64,000 nucleotides of DNA, taken from positions 37,262,001-37,326,000 of the forward strand of contig OX638150.1 in NCBI GenBank assembly GCA_951804945.1, read 5' to 3'. Within the stretch, counting starts at the first letter, position 1. Each line of letters begins with the position of its first letter. Positions 1 to 14,612 of this stretch are shown one piece after another. The translations under genes were made by a program, and so were the position numbers. The DNA comes from Podarcis cretensis. Lineage: Eukaryota. The notes beneath the pieces were generated by a model. The model did not search any database, had not been told where the DNA came from, and worked only from the letters and a program-made list of their open reading frames with translations.

Positions 1-903
1 AGGATCTGAGTGATCTGCAGTAATCACTAAGGAATTCTGACTCCCTTTGGTTGAACCATAGCAACTACCTTTCCTTTCAGATTGGGCTGCTGAAATGAAG
101 AAAATTTGGGAAGAAACTAGGATTGTCTTTTGGTGAGAAAGCACTGTGTGCTACTATTGAAAACAAGTGTTGTTGGGATACTGCCAGGGAGACAAAGGCC
201 ATCATGCCTCCACGTCGATTCCGGATGATCCATCGATCTCCCGTAGATACAGTATCAGTCAATTAGCGACACAAGCCTCAGAAATAGCTTGCCACATTCC
301 AGAGCTTGTGCACGCTCTTTCAGCAGAGTTCGCACAGCGAAAGATGCACTCAGGAGAGCATTATTTACAAATTTATTCAGCGTTGGTCAGAACAAAGAAA
401 AGACATGACTGCCTGCTTCGATGTCCAGGCACGGAGAGAGGAAACAAAAGTTATATACACAAACAGAAACATCCTGTGAACAGGAAATACGCAGGCTGTG
501 ACACAACAACCTGCTCCCTTCTTAAGGTGGAATGGAAATATCCTAACAAGTATCTGGGCTCAGATCCCACAAACTTGGAAGTTTGCTCACTTCTGGGTAA
601 GGAGATTCTATTTCAAATTTAGCAGACTTTGCAGCACTAAATAAAAACACAGTGGGCTCTCATGAATGAGGATTTGCATTTGGTTCTAGGTGTGTTTGCA
701 AAGGGTTAAATGAGCCAATCCTAAAACGAACAGCACCCATAATGAGTGCTTAGGACAGGATGCACCAATGGCTGTGCTAATGCAGTGTCATAAACACTGA
801 CAGTTATATAGCACAAGGATTTAGAAGCAGGATTCCAAATTTTATCTCCCTATCTCAGATAGCCCATAGGTATTTTCTGAATTAATCAGGGAACTTTGCT
901 TAC

Positions 904-974
904 CTGGGGTGTGAGGTTACGGAGGACCAGCCAGCTACTTGTTCTTCCTGAGCTGTCAGTACTCCACGCTGAGC
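904..974 (-). CDS. TNRC6C: TNRC6C exon, start of RRM (GSAWSTDSSGRTSSWLVLRNLTPQ)
   Basis: ggtatag| acceptor and CAG|GTAAGC donor; 71 nt, phase 1/0; WLVLRNLTPQ is the RRM beta1 of GW182. Confidence 0.95.
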
Positions 975-2297
975 CTATACCACAAAGAAAGGAAAGATTA
1001 TGGAGAGCCCAACCCAACTTACTAAATGAAGGCTATACAACATGCAGGACACAAACATGAGGAATACAACTGCTATAGGGATTCCTAATAAGGTGACTTA
1101 TCAAATGCCCACCAACCTTTTTTTTCTTGGTAGTGGCCCTGAGAAAGTACTGTAAATACCTATACCACCATCATGCATCAGATAATGCGGACTCTAGTCC
1201 ATAAAAGCTAATGCAATAATAGCCTTTGAGGTGCCACAAGAATCTTTGCTGTTTTTTTGCTGCAGGTTACCCCTCTGGAAACTGCAAAACAGATGTCTCT
1301 CTAAAGTCAGTGATGCTATGATTCAGTAGCTATGAGGTGAGATTAATGGAATGATAAGCAACCTGTGGCCTTTTCTGTTGTTATCCTTTGGCACTGTTAT
1401 CTGTCAAGTTTTGTTTTACAAAATGGCCAGATCATGATTTTAAAGATTGTGTTTAAAGACAATAGTTTCAAATGCTCAGAAGGCAATTTCAAAAGGATAT
1501 TGCTACTTCCACACCTCCTGATTTTCAGATATGCCAAGTTAAGGCCCCAGGAGTCCAGCTTATCATATTTGAATAGGTGATGTGACAGGGTAATTGCATA
1601 GAGCAGAATGCCATGTAAGGCACGGGATGAATGAAACAGATTAAGAACATATCTTCCAGCTGTGATCCAGACATCTAGCACCCATTAGATGTACACTAAA
1701 GCAAGCAAATCAACTCTAGATTTCCAGTTCATTATTTCCTCTATACTAAGGCAGTGTTAATTGCTGAACCTGCACTGCTTCGACATTTAAATGGCAGCAT
1801 TTTAAAAAGGCACATGACTTCCAAAGTCAGGTGGGTTACTGCACTGAAGCTGAAATCTGAATCCTTGTTCTTTGGCCACCAGGTGGAGCTCATAAAAAGC
1901 TAATAATGTGTGTTTTTCAAAGGGTTGATGGGAGCATTTCATTTCCACACTTACTGGTAAAACAATAAATATTGTGACACGTGAAGAAATCCATCTGAAA
2001 CAGTGTATGGTGTGTGAAACAGAAGTAGCCAAATAAATGGATCATAAAGTCAGGACAGGGAGAAACCTTTTTATGGATTTTGCATCTTATGGGAAGCTAT
2101 GTATGCCTTAGTTACACATCTTCCCTTCATTCAGAATTAACTTGCACAGTTTTGCAATTAATTGCCATTGCTTTCCAGAGGATTCTGCCTTGTGCTGCAC
2201 TAAGGGCCCACACTTAGCAGGAACATTTGGGTGTGATGGTATCAGCTGAAGAATTTTCATTGGCAGTTTTTTAAAAAAACAAATCTAGTAAAGCCAT

Positions 2298-2420
2298 CAT
2301 AAGAAAAGACTGCTGGATCAGGCCAAGGGCCCATCTAGTCCAGCATCCTGTTCTCACAGTGCCCAAGCAGATGCCTGTGGAAATTGGCAAGCAGGACTTG
2401 AGCGTAAGATCCCTCTCCAC
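2298..2420 (-). mobile_element. CR1-type LINE/SINE 3' end
   Basis: CATAAGAA...CTGCTGGATCAGGCCAAGGGCCCATCTAGTCCAGCATCCTGTT; an opposite-orientation remnant lies at about 23860-23960. Confidence 0.65.
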
Positions 2421-3444
2421 TCAGCAAGTATCTAGGACTTCTGTCACCTTTCCACTCAACTTCCTTCCTAGCTGATTGCTCATCCCAGTCATGGCTTGCC
2501 TGAATCTTTGAAATCTCTGAATATAGCTGTTTTGTGCTATAGCAAGCTGTGCCACTTGTGCTGATCCTGCAACCAATTTTGCACTAGCATCAGTTATCAT
2601 GGAGATCAACATGGTTCCCATTAGGACTGTGCAGAACAACCAGTAGGAAAACAGTGGCAAAATAGGTGCAATCATTCTTCAAAATGTTGGTCTCATTTCT
2701 GCTTTTCCATGAATTCCAGAAGCTTAAGATAGTTATGTCCCATTTGCAGCACAAACAATCTAAGTCCCTCTTGCTTTTAACTGCATAGCCCTTGCTTACA
2801 TTACAGTCTGAGGTTTCAACAAGACTCTCTTGTAGTCTGTTTTTGCCTTATGGGGTAACATGCCTCGTTTTACAAAATTCTGCTTAGCATATGCAGTACA
2901 ATTGTGCATTATTTTCTCCACAAAAATATGGGGGAGTGGAGAGAGAAAGCTGGATCAATACCACTTTCAGTAACTTGCAGTGATTTGGTAAATAGGTATG
3001 AACTTATATACCAAATGATATAATCATGGACACCAACAGCAAACTCATTCTCTGAGTGTGGATCTTATCATTCATGTGGAAGAGAGAGGGGTTTGCAGGC
3101 TTGGGGGAACCTCAGCTGAGCTTATTCCCCAGTAAGTCTTCAATGGCTTTTATCCTGAATTACTGAAAGCACAACTGCTAATAGCACATAGAAATGCACC
3201 TGCCACAGAGGAAATTACTGAGAAAAGTACTTTCTGGGGAGAACTGTCACGTCTGACTGGTTGCACGAATTTTCCATCTCAGGAATAATTCAGCAAATGA
3301 GTGCATTCCACTCACCCTTTGAGGCCTACAGATTTGCTACATTAAAAAACCTGAACACAGAGAGGGGATAAGAACAAAAAAGTTGTTGCGTTGCCCCCCC
3401 CCCCAAAAAAAAAGGAAAGGAAAAAAGACAGGAGTCAGGAATAC

Positions 3445-3639
3445 CAGAGGAGTAAGAGCTGGTCCAACCCAGTGGGCTGGCACCCCAAGTAGACGATGGC
3501 TTGGTGTTTGTTAAGCCTGGAGGTGGTCTTGTAGGAGCAGTAGTGTTTCTGGGCACCTTCCACAGTTCATGGGACAGAGAGGCTTGTGTGTGAGAAATTG
3601 GGCCAGAGGACCACGTTGATTTGATGTCTGACAGTTTAC
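3445..3639 (-). CDS. TNRC6C: TNRC6C exon, M2 region ([10 protein letters not shown]...SHELWKVP...TRPPPGL...SSYSS)
   Basis: gttgcag| acceptor and G|GTATT donor; 195 nt, phase 1/1; PPPGL motif. Confidence 0.96.
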
Positions 3640-6600
3640 CTGCAACAGAGAAATGCAATTCATGTATTTGTTAGAATGTAGTATAGGGACACTGAGTGAT
3701 CCCCAGGGTTTTGTTCTCCTCTTTACACCAGCATAATAAGCACTATAGCAAACACTGATCATAACTGGCAGAGCTTCTCTTGCTAATATATCTGTATAAT
3801 TAATCCACAGCCTTTAAAGATCCCAGATTTGTTCCTCCTGGTTTGGACAAAAGTCCCATTAGCGAATACTTCCAGAGTCCAAACTGTTAGATCTGAAAAT
3901 AATCTGACTTCTGAATAAAACAAGTTACTTACAGGTTTTAAATCACTAAGCACATAACATTAGTCTTTTTTTCGTCTTCTTGAACTGGAGGAACTGTCAT
4001 GTTTGTTTCTGGGTATGCTAGAGGTTATGGTGGATCAAGTCCCCTGCTAGTTCCAAAAGTGATCTGCTGACAAGCCCCATTGCCCCATCACCATATTTCA
4101 TGCCTTCTCCTCTTCCTCCTCCTCCTTCTCTATCCACAGGAGGAAGAGAATTGCTGACATCTTAAGTTATTGCCCAGCAATTACCCTGGGTGCTCTCCAA
4201 CTGTTTCTAGATAGCCTGAAAGCAGTAAGAGACCACATCAGGCTGTTTCTCGCTTAACAATATGTTAACTGTTTCCTCTCCTGTTAGCTGTGGGGAAAGG
4301 ATGATGGGAGTGAAGGATGCAAGAGACAGGGAGATCTTGCTCCTTCTGCATCCTTTAGTCATAGCGTATTACTGAATCTACACTATCATTGGCATTCTTG
4401 TACCTTGGCAGCTGTTACTTTGGCTCTAAGAGGGGAGAGAGTTGACCTCTCAACTGCCATCCCAGAAATGAGAGAAGCACCTTTCTCTCCTTCTTTCTGA
4501 GGAGGGAGTGAAAGAGACAAGGGAGTTCCTCATCTTGTTAACTCCTATATTAATCTGAAATGTTTCCACAAGGACCCCTCATGGCACAACATTTATTCCT
4601 GCAATCACACATCCCTTTCTGATTCCTTTTAATCATCACTTCCAGAAATGAATGGTATGTGTTCAACGAAAGCAAAGAAATGCAGATTATTAAGCATCAA
4701 TCATATAAATGATGTACTTAGAGGTCAGTAAGAAAAATGCAAGATAACTTCCCAGCCTTAAAATATTTTCACATGTATATAAAGAGAGGAAGCTGATTCA
4801 CACATGCAGTACTAAACACATTTACCACGGAGTATGCCCTGTGCTGTGAGAGTGTAACTTAAACACACAGCCTTGTCCCAATGTGAACCTCAAACTTGTG
4901 TGGCCTTCCTTTAAAAAAAAAAAGGGGGGGGGAGCCAGGACCTAGTCCTTATGTTGTGTGCAAACTGTACAGCTGTGATGTGTGTGAATTCACCTGCAGT
5001 CAAGTTGGTTCTCCTTCTAGATACAATTTTTTTAACAAGATGAACTCAAAGGATAAAAATGTTAAATGCTGCAAAAATAGTCTTACAAACCATATGAGTC
5101 TGATTTAAAAGTAATATTCAATGTTGAATCTTCATTTTTTTAAAAAGAAAACATTTTCAAAACAGTTTTACCATTATGTCACTGGTTCTCACATGGTCAG
5201 TGCACAATTCACCAGAGACTTATGTTGTTAAGCAGTATATAAATGGTTGAAGTAGATAAATGATAAGTAAGAATAGTAGAAGGAGAAAAGCTACATGAAG
5301 GAGCAGTGCATAAAAATTAAAATTAAGGGCAAGTAAACTTGTTTTATTTCCTTTTAAAGAATTGTTAACAGGTAATCTTTTAAAAATACACGCTTTACTG
5401 CTTAACTAAAGAGCTGATTTAAGATTGTATCCACTGAGGCTGTCCTTTTAATGCAGGACTTCTGCCTGTGCAATGGGATTTCCTCTCCCTCTCTTGTCCC
5501 CATGCCTGTCATCTGCTCAGGAGGGTTGGGGGAACCCCCAGAACAGATTTGGGGAGAGCGGCACATGGGAAGAAGATATTCTACTGCACAGACAAAAGCC
5601 CTTGAGCTGAAAGAAGAACTTGGTTGGATACAAGCCTTAAAGGGTACATAAATATAAGAAACCAAAAGCATGGCTACCTGAGCACAGGTCTGCATGAATG
5701 TAAATGACATTGGTGAGCTGTAGAAAAAGTTTCCACAACCCACCAAGATCATTTACATTTATGCAGACCTGTGCTCATGTAGCCGTTTTTGCTGTCTATT
5801 CTGTGTTGTTTGCCCCATATGGTTCCCAAAGCAAGCCCGTGGAAAGGGGAGATCTGAAATAAAGTATAAGATTCCAGCTGTACACCAGTTTCTCAAGACT
5901 TCAGGCAGTGTGGGCTTAGTAAAGAAAAACAGCTGAGCTTTCCCTATTACTTACAGATTTCAGCTTAAACTGCCCATTAAGAAATTCACAGTTACTAGAA
6001 TTATCATTTGGACTATCTAGGCCTGCATCCTGCTTTGGTGGTAGGTTACATATTGTTTACATCAAGGGGGCCAAAGTACTGTAAGAAGACCATGTAACTC
6101 AAAAGCAGGAAAAATAAATGTTCAAAATATTTTTGAGGTTGTGGGCTACAGTAAAAAAACATCAGATCCATGGGCTGTCCAGTTGCTGGCTGAAAAGGAG
6201 TTCAGCATTCCTTTCCATTTTCAGCAGTGGGAAACCCAATACCCTCACAGTCTTCAGTCTGGAGACCAAAATAAAACAGTATCACATCAACATATTAACA
6301 TTTTGATCATGGTTCTCAAAAATTACCTATCTGCTAGATGTTAAGTGTCTTATTTTGACCAATCAATTAAAATGCATAAATTTATAACTGCAACATTGCT
6401 GGCATTTTGATTCTAGTTAAGGTAGGCCTGGCAGTATCTGCAGGTTGAAGCCCCACGTCTCTGGGAGAAAATTAGGTGGCAGTGGCAAGGGTAACTTGAG
6501 AAAGTTTGCATATACAAACTCCTCAGCACTTCTCAGGAATAAAGCAAGCAGCAAGCACCTGTTCTCGCAGTAAAAGCATTGTGCCCTACCCCTTCTAGTG

Positions 6601-7860
6601 TGTGATATGCAATGTGGGGGTGCATGGCACAATTCCTTCCAGAGTGATTAAAAGCCGCACTGGCTGCTTCCTTTCTGGTTCATGGGCAATGCGAGATAAG
6701 GCACAAGTTACCCTCCACTTTGCTGACCTAGCCCCTGTCTGCAGGTAGGAACAAAACATGTGCACAGAAACGACCCTATTCCTTTTGAAATGAAGAGAAA
6801 AGAGAGGAGAGGAGGAAGAGGAGAACCTGGGCCTTCCCATGAACTCCTACAACATGAAGGGCTCAAGCTCATCACCTTTTCCTATCTATGGCACTGGGAA
6901 GAAAACCAGGCTAAGCATTGCCAAAAAACCTTTTATGGCCTGTTTTGTTCACCCCTTCCCCATGTCAAAGAGGAAGTCACAGGACCAAGACAGTAGGGCT
7001 TTTTGCTTCAAGTGGCAAAAGTTTAGGCTGGCCCTGAATAAGACAAGCTATTTATTGTTTGGAAACAAATCTTACCTTTGCAATACAAGCACATTTTCAT
7101 TTTGTTCATTTTGTAATAAGATGCATCATATGAAAAGGGCATGATCAAGAAGGCCACTTGGGAATTTAGAGATGGGCAATAAGGACACAATTTGTTGCTG
7201 CCCCCCACCCTGACCCCCATTTTCCCAATTGAGTCCACTTGCACCTATTGGCCCCAGGGTGGCTGAACAAAGCAAGATTGCTGACAGCATCTTGAAAATT
7301 GCTGGGTATGTGTTAGAAATAATGCAATGGAATTTCAGCCACATATATGTTGACAGTGACCACACTGCCCACTTTCTGCTTCATCAAGACATTTGCTGAG
7401 ATGGGTAGGCAAAGTTGGGAAGGGAAGGGAGAACAAGGAGAAGTGAAAGACTTTTGTTGTATTGATCAACTTATTTCCAGGAAATGAGAAACACAACATC
7501 AGACAAGCTATGCTCTTTATTCCACAACTTCTGTTGATGAAACAGTATAAGCTAGTTTGAATGACGGTCAAAAGCTTTCCTGTTTTCATGAACAGAATTT
7601 AGTCCAATATGCACCAAGGCGTTGGCACTCTATCTAATTTATGTTTCTCATTTTGAAGTATTTTCAGTGCCAAACATCCCCATTACATATTCATCACTGC
7701 CAAACTCTCAGGACAGTTACTGGACTGAAGGAGCACAGTATGCAAAAGACATGTGGCACACCTATAGGACCATCATTACCACATTGAGCAGAAGCCTTTC
7801 AAGAACCTCCTCTCTTTGTGGATAAAGAGGGACTCTAAGTAGAAAGACCATTGGTCGTAC

Positions 7861-7977
7861 CTGCAATGCTAGGTGCGGATGCAATGCTGCTGAAAGAGCT
7901 ACTGTAGCCGGAGGCACTAAGTGGCCAGGCACTCGATGAAGGCAGCGTGGCATTCTGAGATGATGTTGGGGATGACC
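7861..7977 (-). CDS. TNRC6C: TNRC6C 117-nt cassette exon (GSSPTSSQNATLPSSSAWPLSASGYSSSFSSIASAPSIA)
   Basis: ttctgcag| acceptor and G|GTACGA donor; symmetric phase 1/1; matches the insert I recall in the long mammalian isoform. Confidence 0.88.
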
Positions 7978-10900
7978 CTGCAGAACCAGCAAAGAAGCAA
8001 CTAAGAAAGATGGGCAGAATGGTGTCTACTGTAGCATATGCAATTCTAACACCGTCATGTGCAAACAGAAACCATGCAAGGTAAGATGCTAACCCAGCCT
8101 TGCCTTTGAGGTCTAGGAATGAAATGTTATAGGAAGCATGATCCGATGCAGCAGAACTAAGTACAAAAAAGGGTGGCACAGTGACAAGGGTAGTTGTGCC
8201 CATGCAGAAGGATACATTCTAACTCTCCTTAAACTGTTATTTCCAAGAAGGTGACAATCATTGCCACCGTATCCAGGATACATGAATCGTAGGTGAAAAA
8301 TGTTTATGAAAATGCAGCTATATCAGTTGTGGTGACCCATGTGTCAGAAAGTTAAAAGCATCGTTCTGTGCAAGGCAGGTCAGACAGATGTGCTCATCTC
8401 AGCCTCACTTGCCTTCGAGAATCCCTGCAACTGTCGCCAGCCAATCCCACCCCCTCCAGCTTTGTGGCATAGGATGTTCCCACAAGCTTCAGCAAAATAA
8501 GTCACATCACAGGCCAAGGCCAGAGCTGCAGGACCAAATGCCTCCACAGATCTGCCCTGGGAGCTGAGTGTCAGGTCTAGTGCTCTGCAGCCACGGTGCA
8601 ACTGCCACATTCAGGCTGTTGAAAACCAATAGGGTGGTCAAGTTGCTAGAAGCCACCTGGAATTATAAATTCTGTTGTAATGCTTCTTAGACAGAGGCAC
8701 ACAAATTACTTTAGAAGTTATTTATATAGTCAGAAAGGCTAAACATGACTTAAACACATGGCATCTTGTTGGTATGGGTAACATATATGAAGGAAGAATC
8801 TCAAAGGGGAAAGCCCAAATAATCGAATCCAATCTAATATTAGCATTACTATACAAGTGGACAACAACTCTATTCTAATAAATTAAGGGACTATCCAAGT
8901 TTTCAGATGTGGTGGAGCAAACATCAGCCATTCATCTTAAAGGCTTAAGGATCCCACGTTGAACTCGTCTATGGTAGATTGTGTTGTGTGAATATATATC
9001 CTCTGCTTGACGTACCTTGCTATATTGTTGTGAAGACTAGATGTATATGGTTTTTTAAATAAGAGAATCACTCTTCAGTGACTGGTTTGCTGCAGTATGT
9101 CTTGCTCTTGCACCCAGCATTTTCAGTAATAACACAGGGCCGATCCATATGCTGTGCGGCTGCAGCACCCACATTCAGAGGACTCTAATAGGGCTCCCTG
9201 GTTTTTATTTCTCTGCCTGCTCAAACACTGAAAAATATGCAGGCACTGTGATGGGACATCTGTGCATGCCTCACATATCCAGCCCCTTCTCTTCATGCCT
9301 TGCAAGTTACTTGTGGTCATAGTGTAAGTATCTTGTATTGGGCAGAGGACAGACTGGACTGGCATGCATGAGATGTACAGAGATGCTCCTTTCTGTCTAA
9401 CATCCTATCACACCACCTGCATGCATGTCTGTGAGGCTTGGTGGGGGGCAGAGGGGAAGCAGATCTCTTCCGAGCCTAGTTGAGCTTTTTGCCTACATTT
9501 GCTACCCCTACAAGAAGATAATGTCCAATTATAAATTCAGAAAATGGAAAGTTGATGTTATTTTCTGAGTCTCGAAAAAAGCTGGCCGTTATCTTGTACA
9601 AGTATTTCATAACAACATAACTATACATACTAAAACCAATTGTAACACAAAGTTGTGTGATAACTTCTGCTCCAGGATCAATGCTCCAGTGAAAAACCAA
9701 CAGTATAAAACCCACAAAGAAACTGCATGATGCTACATAATGTTTTGAGTATCCCACACTCATGTGGACTGCATCATCCCAGACTATGAGGAAGTCAGTT
9801 GAGCAGTAAGTGAGTGTTGCATGAAACCAGTGCTTTAGTTCCCATGAGCATATATATATATACTTGAATGGTTCCCATGCTTCCAGGAAATCAGCAAATC
9901 AACTTGATTATATGTTCTCCATATATGATGGTGATCCTGCCTTAGCACATAAGGGGGGGGGGAGTTGGATCTATGGAAAATTATGAAAGGAAAATATTAC
10001 TAAAATTACTTTAAAAGTCTTGGAAGCAGAATGCTTACAGACATTGAGGCAATAAATGTAAGATGATTATAAGTGGTATACACCGAAATTTTACTCAGAG
10101 TAGACCCATTTAACTTAGACCTAACTTAGTCATGTTCATTGATTTCAGTGGGTCTGCCATGAGTAAACTTAGCTGAACACAACCCTATGGCTCAGCTCAC
10201 ATGAATGACCCTCACACGCTTGTGCATTCATTCATTCATTCCCTCATATATTCTGATTTCTTCCCATACTTCCTAGTTCTCAGTAAAGCATAGTTTGCCA
10301 TTTCAGCATGGTTTGCCTCCAAACCAGAACTAGAAACCAAGATCAAATGATGGTTTCTAGTTCTGTGTTTGCTAAGAACCAGGAAGTGTGGGCAAGAACT
10401 GAAACATCTGAGGAAAGGAAATAAGAAGTCAGCCTGAGGCTCATTCATTTAATGAAAAAGCATGGTTTGGCATTACAGCTGAAGTAAGTCAAAGTTGCAG
10501 CAATGCAGACACTGTGGTAAAAATATAACAATTAAAGAGTAAAAGCCTGAGAAGAGAGATCTTGCACTGAAGACACTGTGTAGGTTCAGAATAACTAAAG
10601 CATAATTTAGCAATATGAGAACAAGCCCAATCTTTCTGTGGGCTTGCATTCTATCCACTTCTCTTCCAACATGGCTGTGAGGAGGAATTACCATGTCCAA
10701 ACCAGTACATCTTAACTATGGTTAGTGACAATAAGCCAACTTTGAACCATAATTTATGAAGTTGGCCTGTTTTCACTAACCATAGTTAAGTCTAACCACA
10801 GTCTAGTTTTCAAATGATCTCCTTGTGCTTGCATCACAGGGGGAAGAGGGTGAGCCCAAGCCCAAGGGGAATTGAGGCACATTCTCATAACGTTTTACTG

Positions 10901-13900
10901 TGGTTTAACATTATGTCCAAACACAGACAATCCATTTTGGTGTGAAGATTGCAGGTATGATGCCCTCTATCCTCATATACAATGAGAGAAAATGAACTGG
11001 AAAAGGTGTGAATCTAAGAACGGTGACCTAGATTTGATGCAGGTAAAGTGGAACTGTCAATGATCATGACAAAAAGGCATGACAGAACATTCAATCTGCA
11101 TTGAGGGCAAATAGCTGTAATACAGAAACAGCTGTGGATGAAGATTTGTCCGCAACCTCTAGCAGAAGGCACAGTCATTAATGACTGTAAGAAGACATCT
11201 CTGGCAATGCATTCACAGCTGTGCTCATGCCAGCTGCTGAAAGAACAACACTCAATACTGAATGTACAGGGTATTTTTGTATTACTAACAGAGAACCTGA
11301 ACATCCAGGCAGCATGTATAAGATAGATAAAATTATGGTAGTAAGTATGCATACGAAGATGTGCTGATAAATAGGCATCAGGGTGCCTCAGCTAGTTGCA
11401 AAGTCACAGGAATTATGTCAACCATACTAAAATTAAATTTGCATTCAAAAAATGCAGATAATTTTTCATTGTGCAATATAATAACCAAGAAGCAACACAT
11501 AAACAAAACAAGTTTCCATGATTCTATATGTGCATTCTGATGCTGAGCCCTGAGAGTCTTGGGAATGCTTCAAATGTTAGAAAAATCTTGTCATCTACAA
11601 AAGGCTTCACTGTTCACAGTCTGTGCAGTATAAATATATCCTGCTCTTTTCATCACCTTGGTTTCCCCATCCAGAACAATCTACTCTCCTTCTATTACCC
11701 ACACTTTTCCTTTCAAAAGATTGGTCGGAGACAATTCAGTTTGTAAATCCACTTTAAACTATGGGTCAAATGATGTTTGGAGGTTAGAACTAATTTGCCT
11801 AATTTTGATGGCAAACTGTGGTTAGAGGAAGCTATAAAACAGAAAAGGGAATCATAACTCTTTTGGAGTGGGGTGGTGAAGGATTGGAATGTAATTTCTG
11901 AACCATGAACCTGGCCACTTCATTATTGAGGAGTCCACATGTATAAATGTTCACAGAATTATACAAAATAAATATTTTCCGTAAGTTTTTCTGGTTTCCA
12001 TAATATTTTAAAACATCAATTTCTACTTAACAGTATGAAAACAGCTTTGCCTATGGGATGAATAGTTTCTGCATTAAGGTATGCACTAGAACAGGGCTGT
12101 ACAACTTCTAATCATAGTTTGGAGGTCAGTCAAACTGAAGGCTACTTGTATATTTTTACTAATGCAAGAGTACTGTATCATATGGTTAATAACTGAAACC
12201 CATTTTTCTTGAAAATTTTAATGCTGCATTTTCTTTAACCCATTCTCTGTTAACCACTTTTCTTTCTATACTGGGAAACAGCATACTTTATTCTTTCTTC
12301 GAATCCTGTATTTTTCTGCTTCTCTATCCATAGGTGTTTCTGCCATCACTCCCCTATTTTTTTCTGTGCTTCCTATAGCACTCTTCTTCCCCCTGTACAG
12401 ATCTCTTAGTATCCAAATTTCCATTTTTTTCTCTATAACTTATGATTCCTCTCCCCCACTCCACAAGTCTACACTCTCATTACCATCTCTCCCCCCTCAT
12501 TCCCCGCTCTGCCTTGTGGAGTTTGATCCCTCAACCAAAGTAATGCTCAGCAGTGAAATAATCTTAGAATCAAATTAGATGTTTCTGGGTTGTTGTTGTC
12601 GTTGTGTTGTTGTTTTTTAACAGTTTAAGAGCGGGTCCAGTGTGTTTATCTGTCATGAATCCAATTAGGATGCTGGTACTGGGGGAAAGCAAGGAGCTAA
12701 CACCTAATGAAAATTGCCCCTCACTCATCCACTGAAGCTGCTATTTGCAGCCATATAGTACCTGTATGTCTTCATGATGATAGAAACAGAATCTTGGAAA
12801 TGAGTTATAATTGTGAAAATGGTGGAAGGAAAAGGAAACCCCCCTTTCCTTTCTGCCAGGAAATGATAGAAACCCCACACCAGCACCTCAGTAGCTCAGT
12901 TATTTCCATTGCACACTCCACAGTTGTCATTAAACTGTTAAAAAGGAGCTGGAGAGCTAATCATAGATCATGTCTAGCTGCACTCACAGAATGCAAAAGG
13001 GTCATTCAGTGCAGCTGGGTGGGTGAATAAGCTGCAAAAATCTGGCACTAGTTCCATCTTGGAATCTAGGGAGAAAAGGGCCAAGACAAATGTAGTGGTG
13101 CATGCATCCTTTCAACCCCCCCCCCATCTTTGATGGGTTTTCAAGGTTCCCACAAATATGAGGCAAAGGACCACAAATAATGGCTATTTTGAATTCCCTC
13201 AAATTACAAAGGGATGCCACCAGGCAGGAAAAGGAGATACACTAAGTTCACTAGCTTTATGATTTACAGCCTGGGTTGAGAAGAACAGTACATGTAGGAA
13301 ACAAAAGGCAGAGAGCTTTGTACATACATGCAAATATCTACTACTGACCATAATCTCTTATTCTTATGTGTCTAACTTCTATGTAAAATGTACATAGATG
13401 GTGTAACAGAAACAAACAATTATTTTTTTCAGCTGACAAATCCAAGAACATAGCTGAAAAATACACCCAAACGTAAAGAACTTCTAAGGACAAAACTGAT
13501 TCATAGTCATCCTTGAAGATAGGGAGTGAAGCAGCTCAATCTATAACTGGGAGGCCTGTTAAATGTAAATTACCAACACAACTATACTCCAGTTAGTATT
13601 GTTGCTACTGGACTTCCACCAGGCAGTGCAAGTCACTTCAGTATAAGCTAGGTATCTTCAGGTGCAGCACTTGTTTCTGCTACTTTAGAATCCAGTTAGT
13701 ACAGTCAATAGCCTGGTGTTTGAGGAAGCTCAGATAAAGATGGGACAAAGAACATTCAATATATAGGGCCTCTATTTTTATTTTTATATATATTGCCTGC
13801 TTCTGGGTTTAGTGATGGGTCAGCCCATTTTCTCATCACAATTGACACCCCATATGAGATTTATGATATTCACTTTCTTGTTAACAGGACAGCTGCTTGT

Positions 13901-14612
13901 AACTGTGTTATGACTTCACAGCTGTAATGTACAGGAAAAAGGAAATCTTTACTGAAGCTCAAGAGTGACATAGCAACTTCTGATGAACATGGAAGACTTG
14001 TCCACTAAACTAAAACTTGCACAGGCTTAAAATTTCAAAGATGATGATGAAGTCTTCAAATGATACCCTTACAGGTCAAAGTCAAAATAAATCAAAACTC
14101 AAGGCAGATGTTCGAGCAGAAACAGCTATTATGAAATACAGTAGATATTCAGGTACAGTTTTGAGTTGCATGAGTGTAAGGACCAAAACTAGACATGACA
14201 TTTAGTGATGTGCATCTTTCCCTTTTGTCTTAAAAATAAGATAAAGTTCAGCACTAGGAGGTTGTGAATTGAAAACAGAGAGGAAGGGGCGACTTAGTCA
14301 TTCCCCTGTTTGGCTCAGCCTTTCCCACAAGCTGAAAGAACAGCTGGAAGGGAGTGATTTTTTGGGTGGGAAAGCAGCCAGCAGAGAAGGTTTACATAGG
14401 GCTGTTCCCTGCTATTCTGCTGGTTAAACTTGTAGCCACCCAAAAATAGCTTAAAAACTAAATGCTTAGGGAACAAATACAATTGCAAATTATGTCAATT
14501 CCGGTCATGAGTACAGATGGCTTTCAGACTTGGGTATACTATAAAAACACAGAAGTTGAATAGAAAGGAAGAGAAACAATAAAGGCAACATGACACATGG
14601 ATATTACTCTAC

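Noticed and set aside
167-622. 151-aa plus-strand ORF
   Set aside because: Non-ATG start and no recognisable domain; the CpG-rich core is reported separately as a finding
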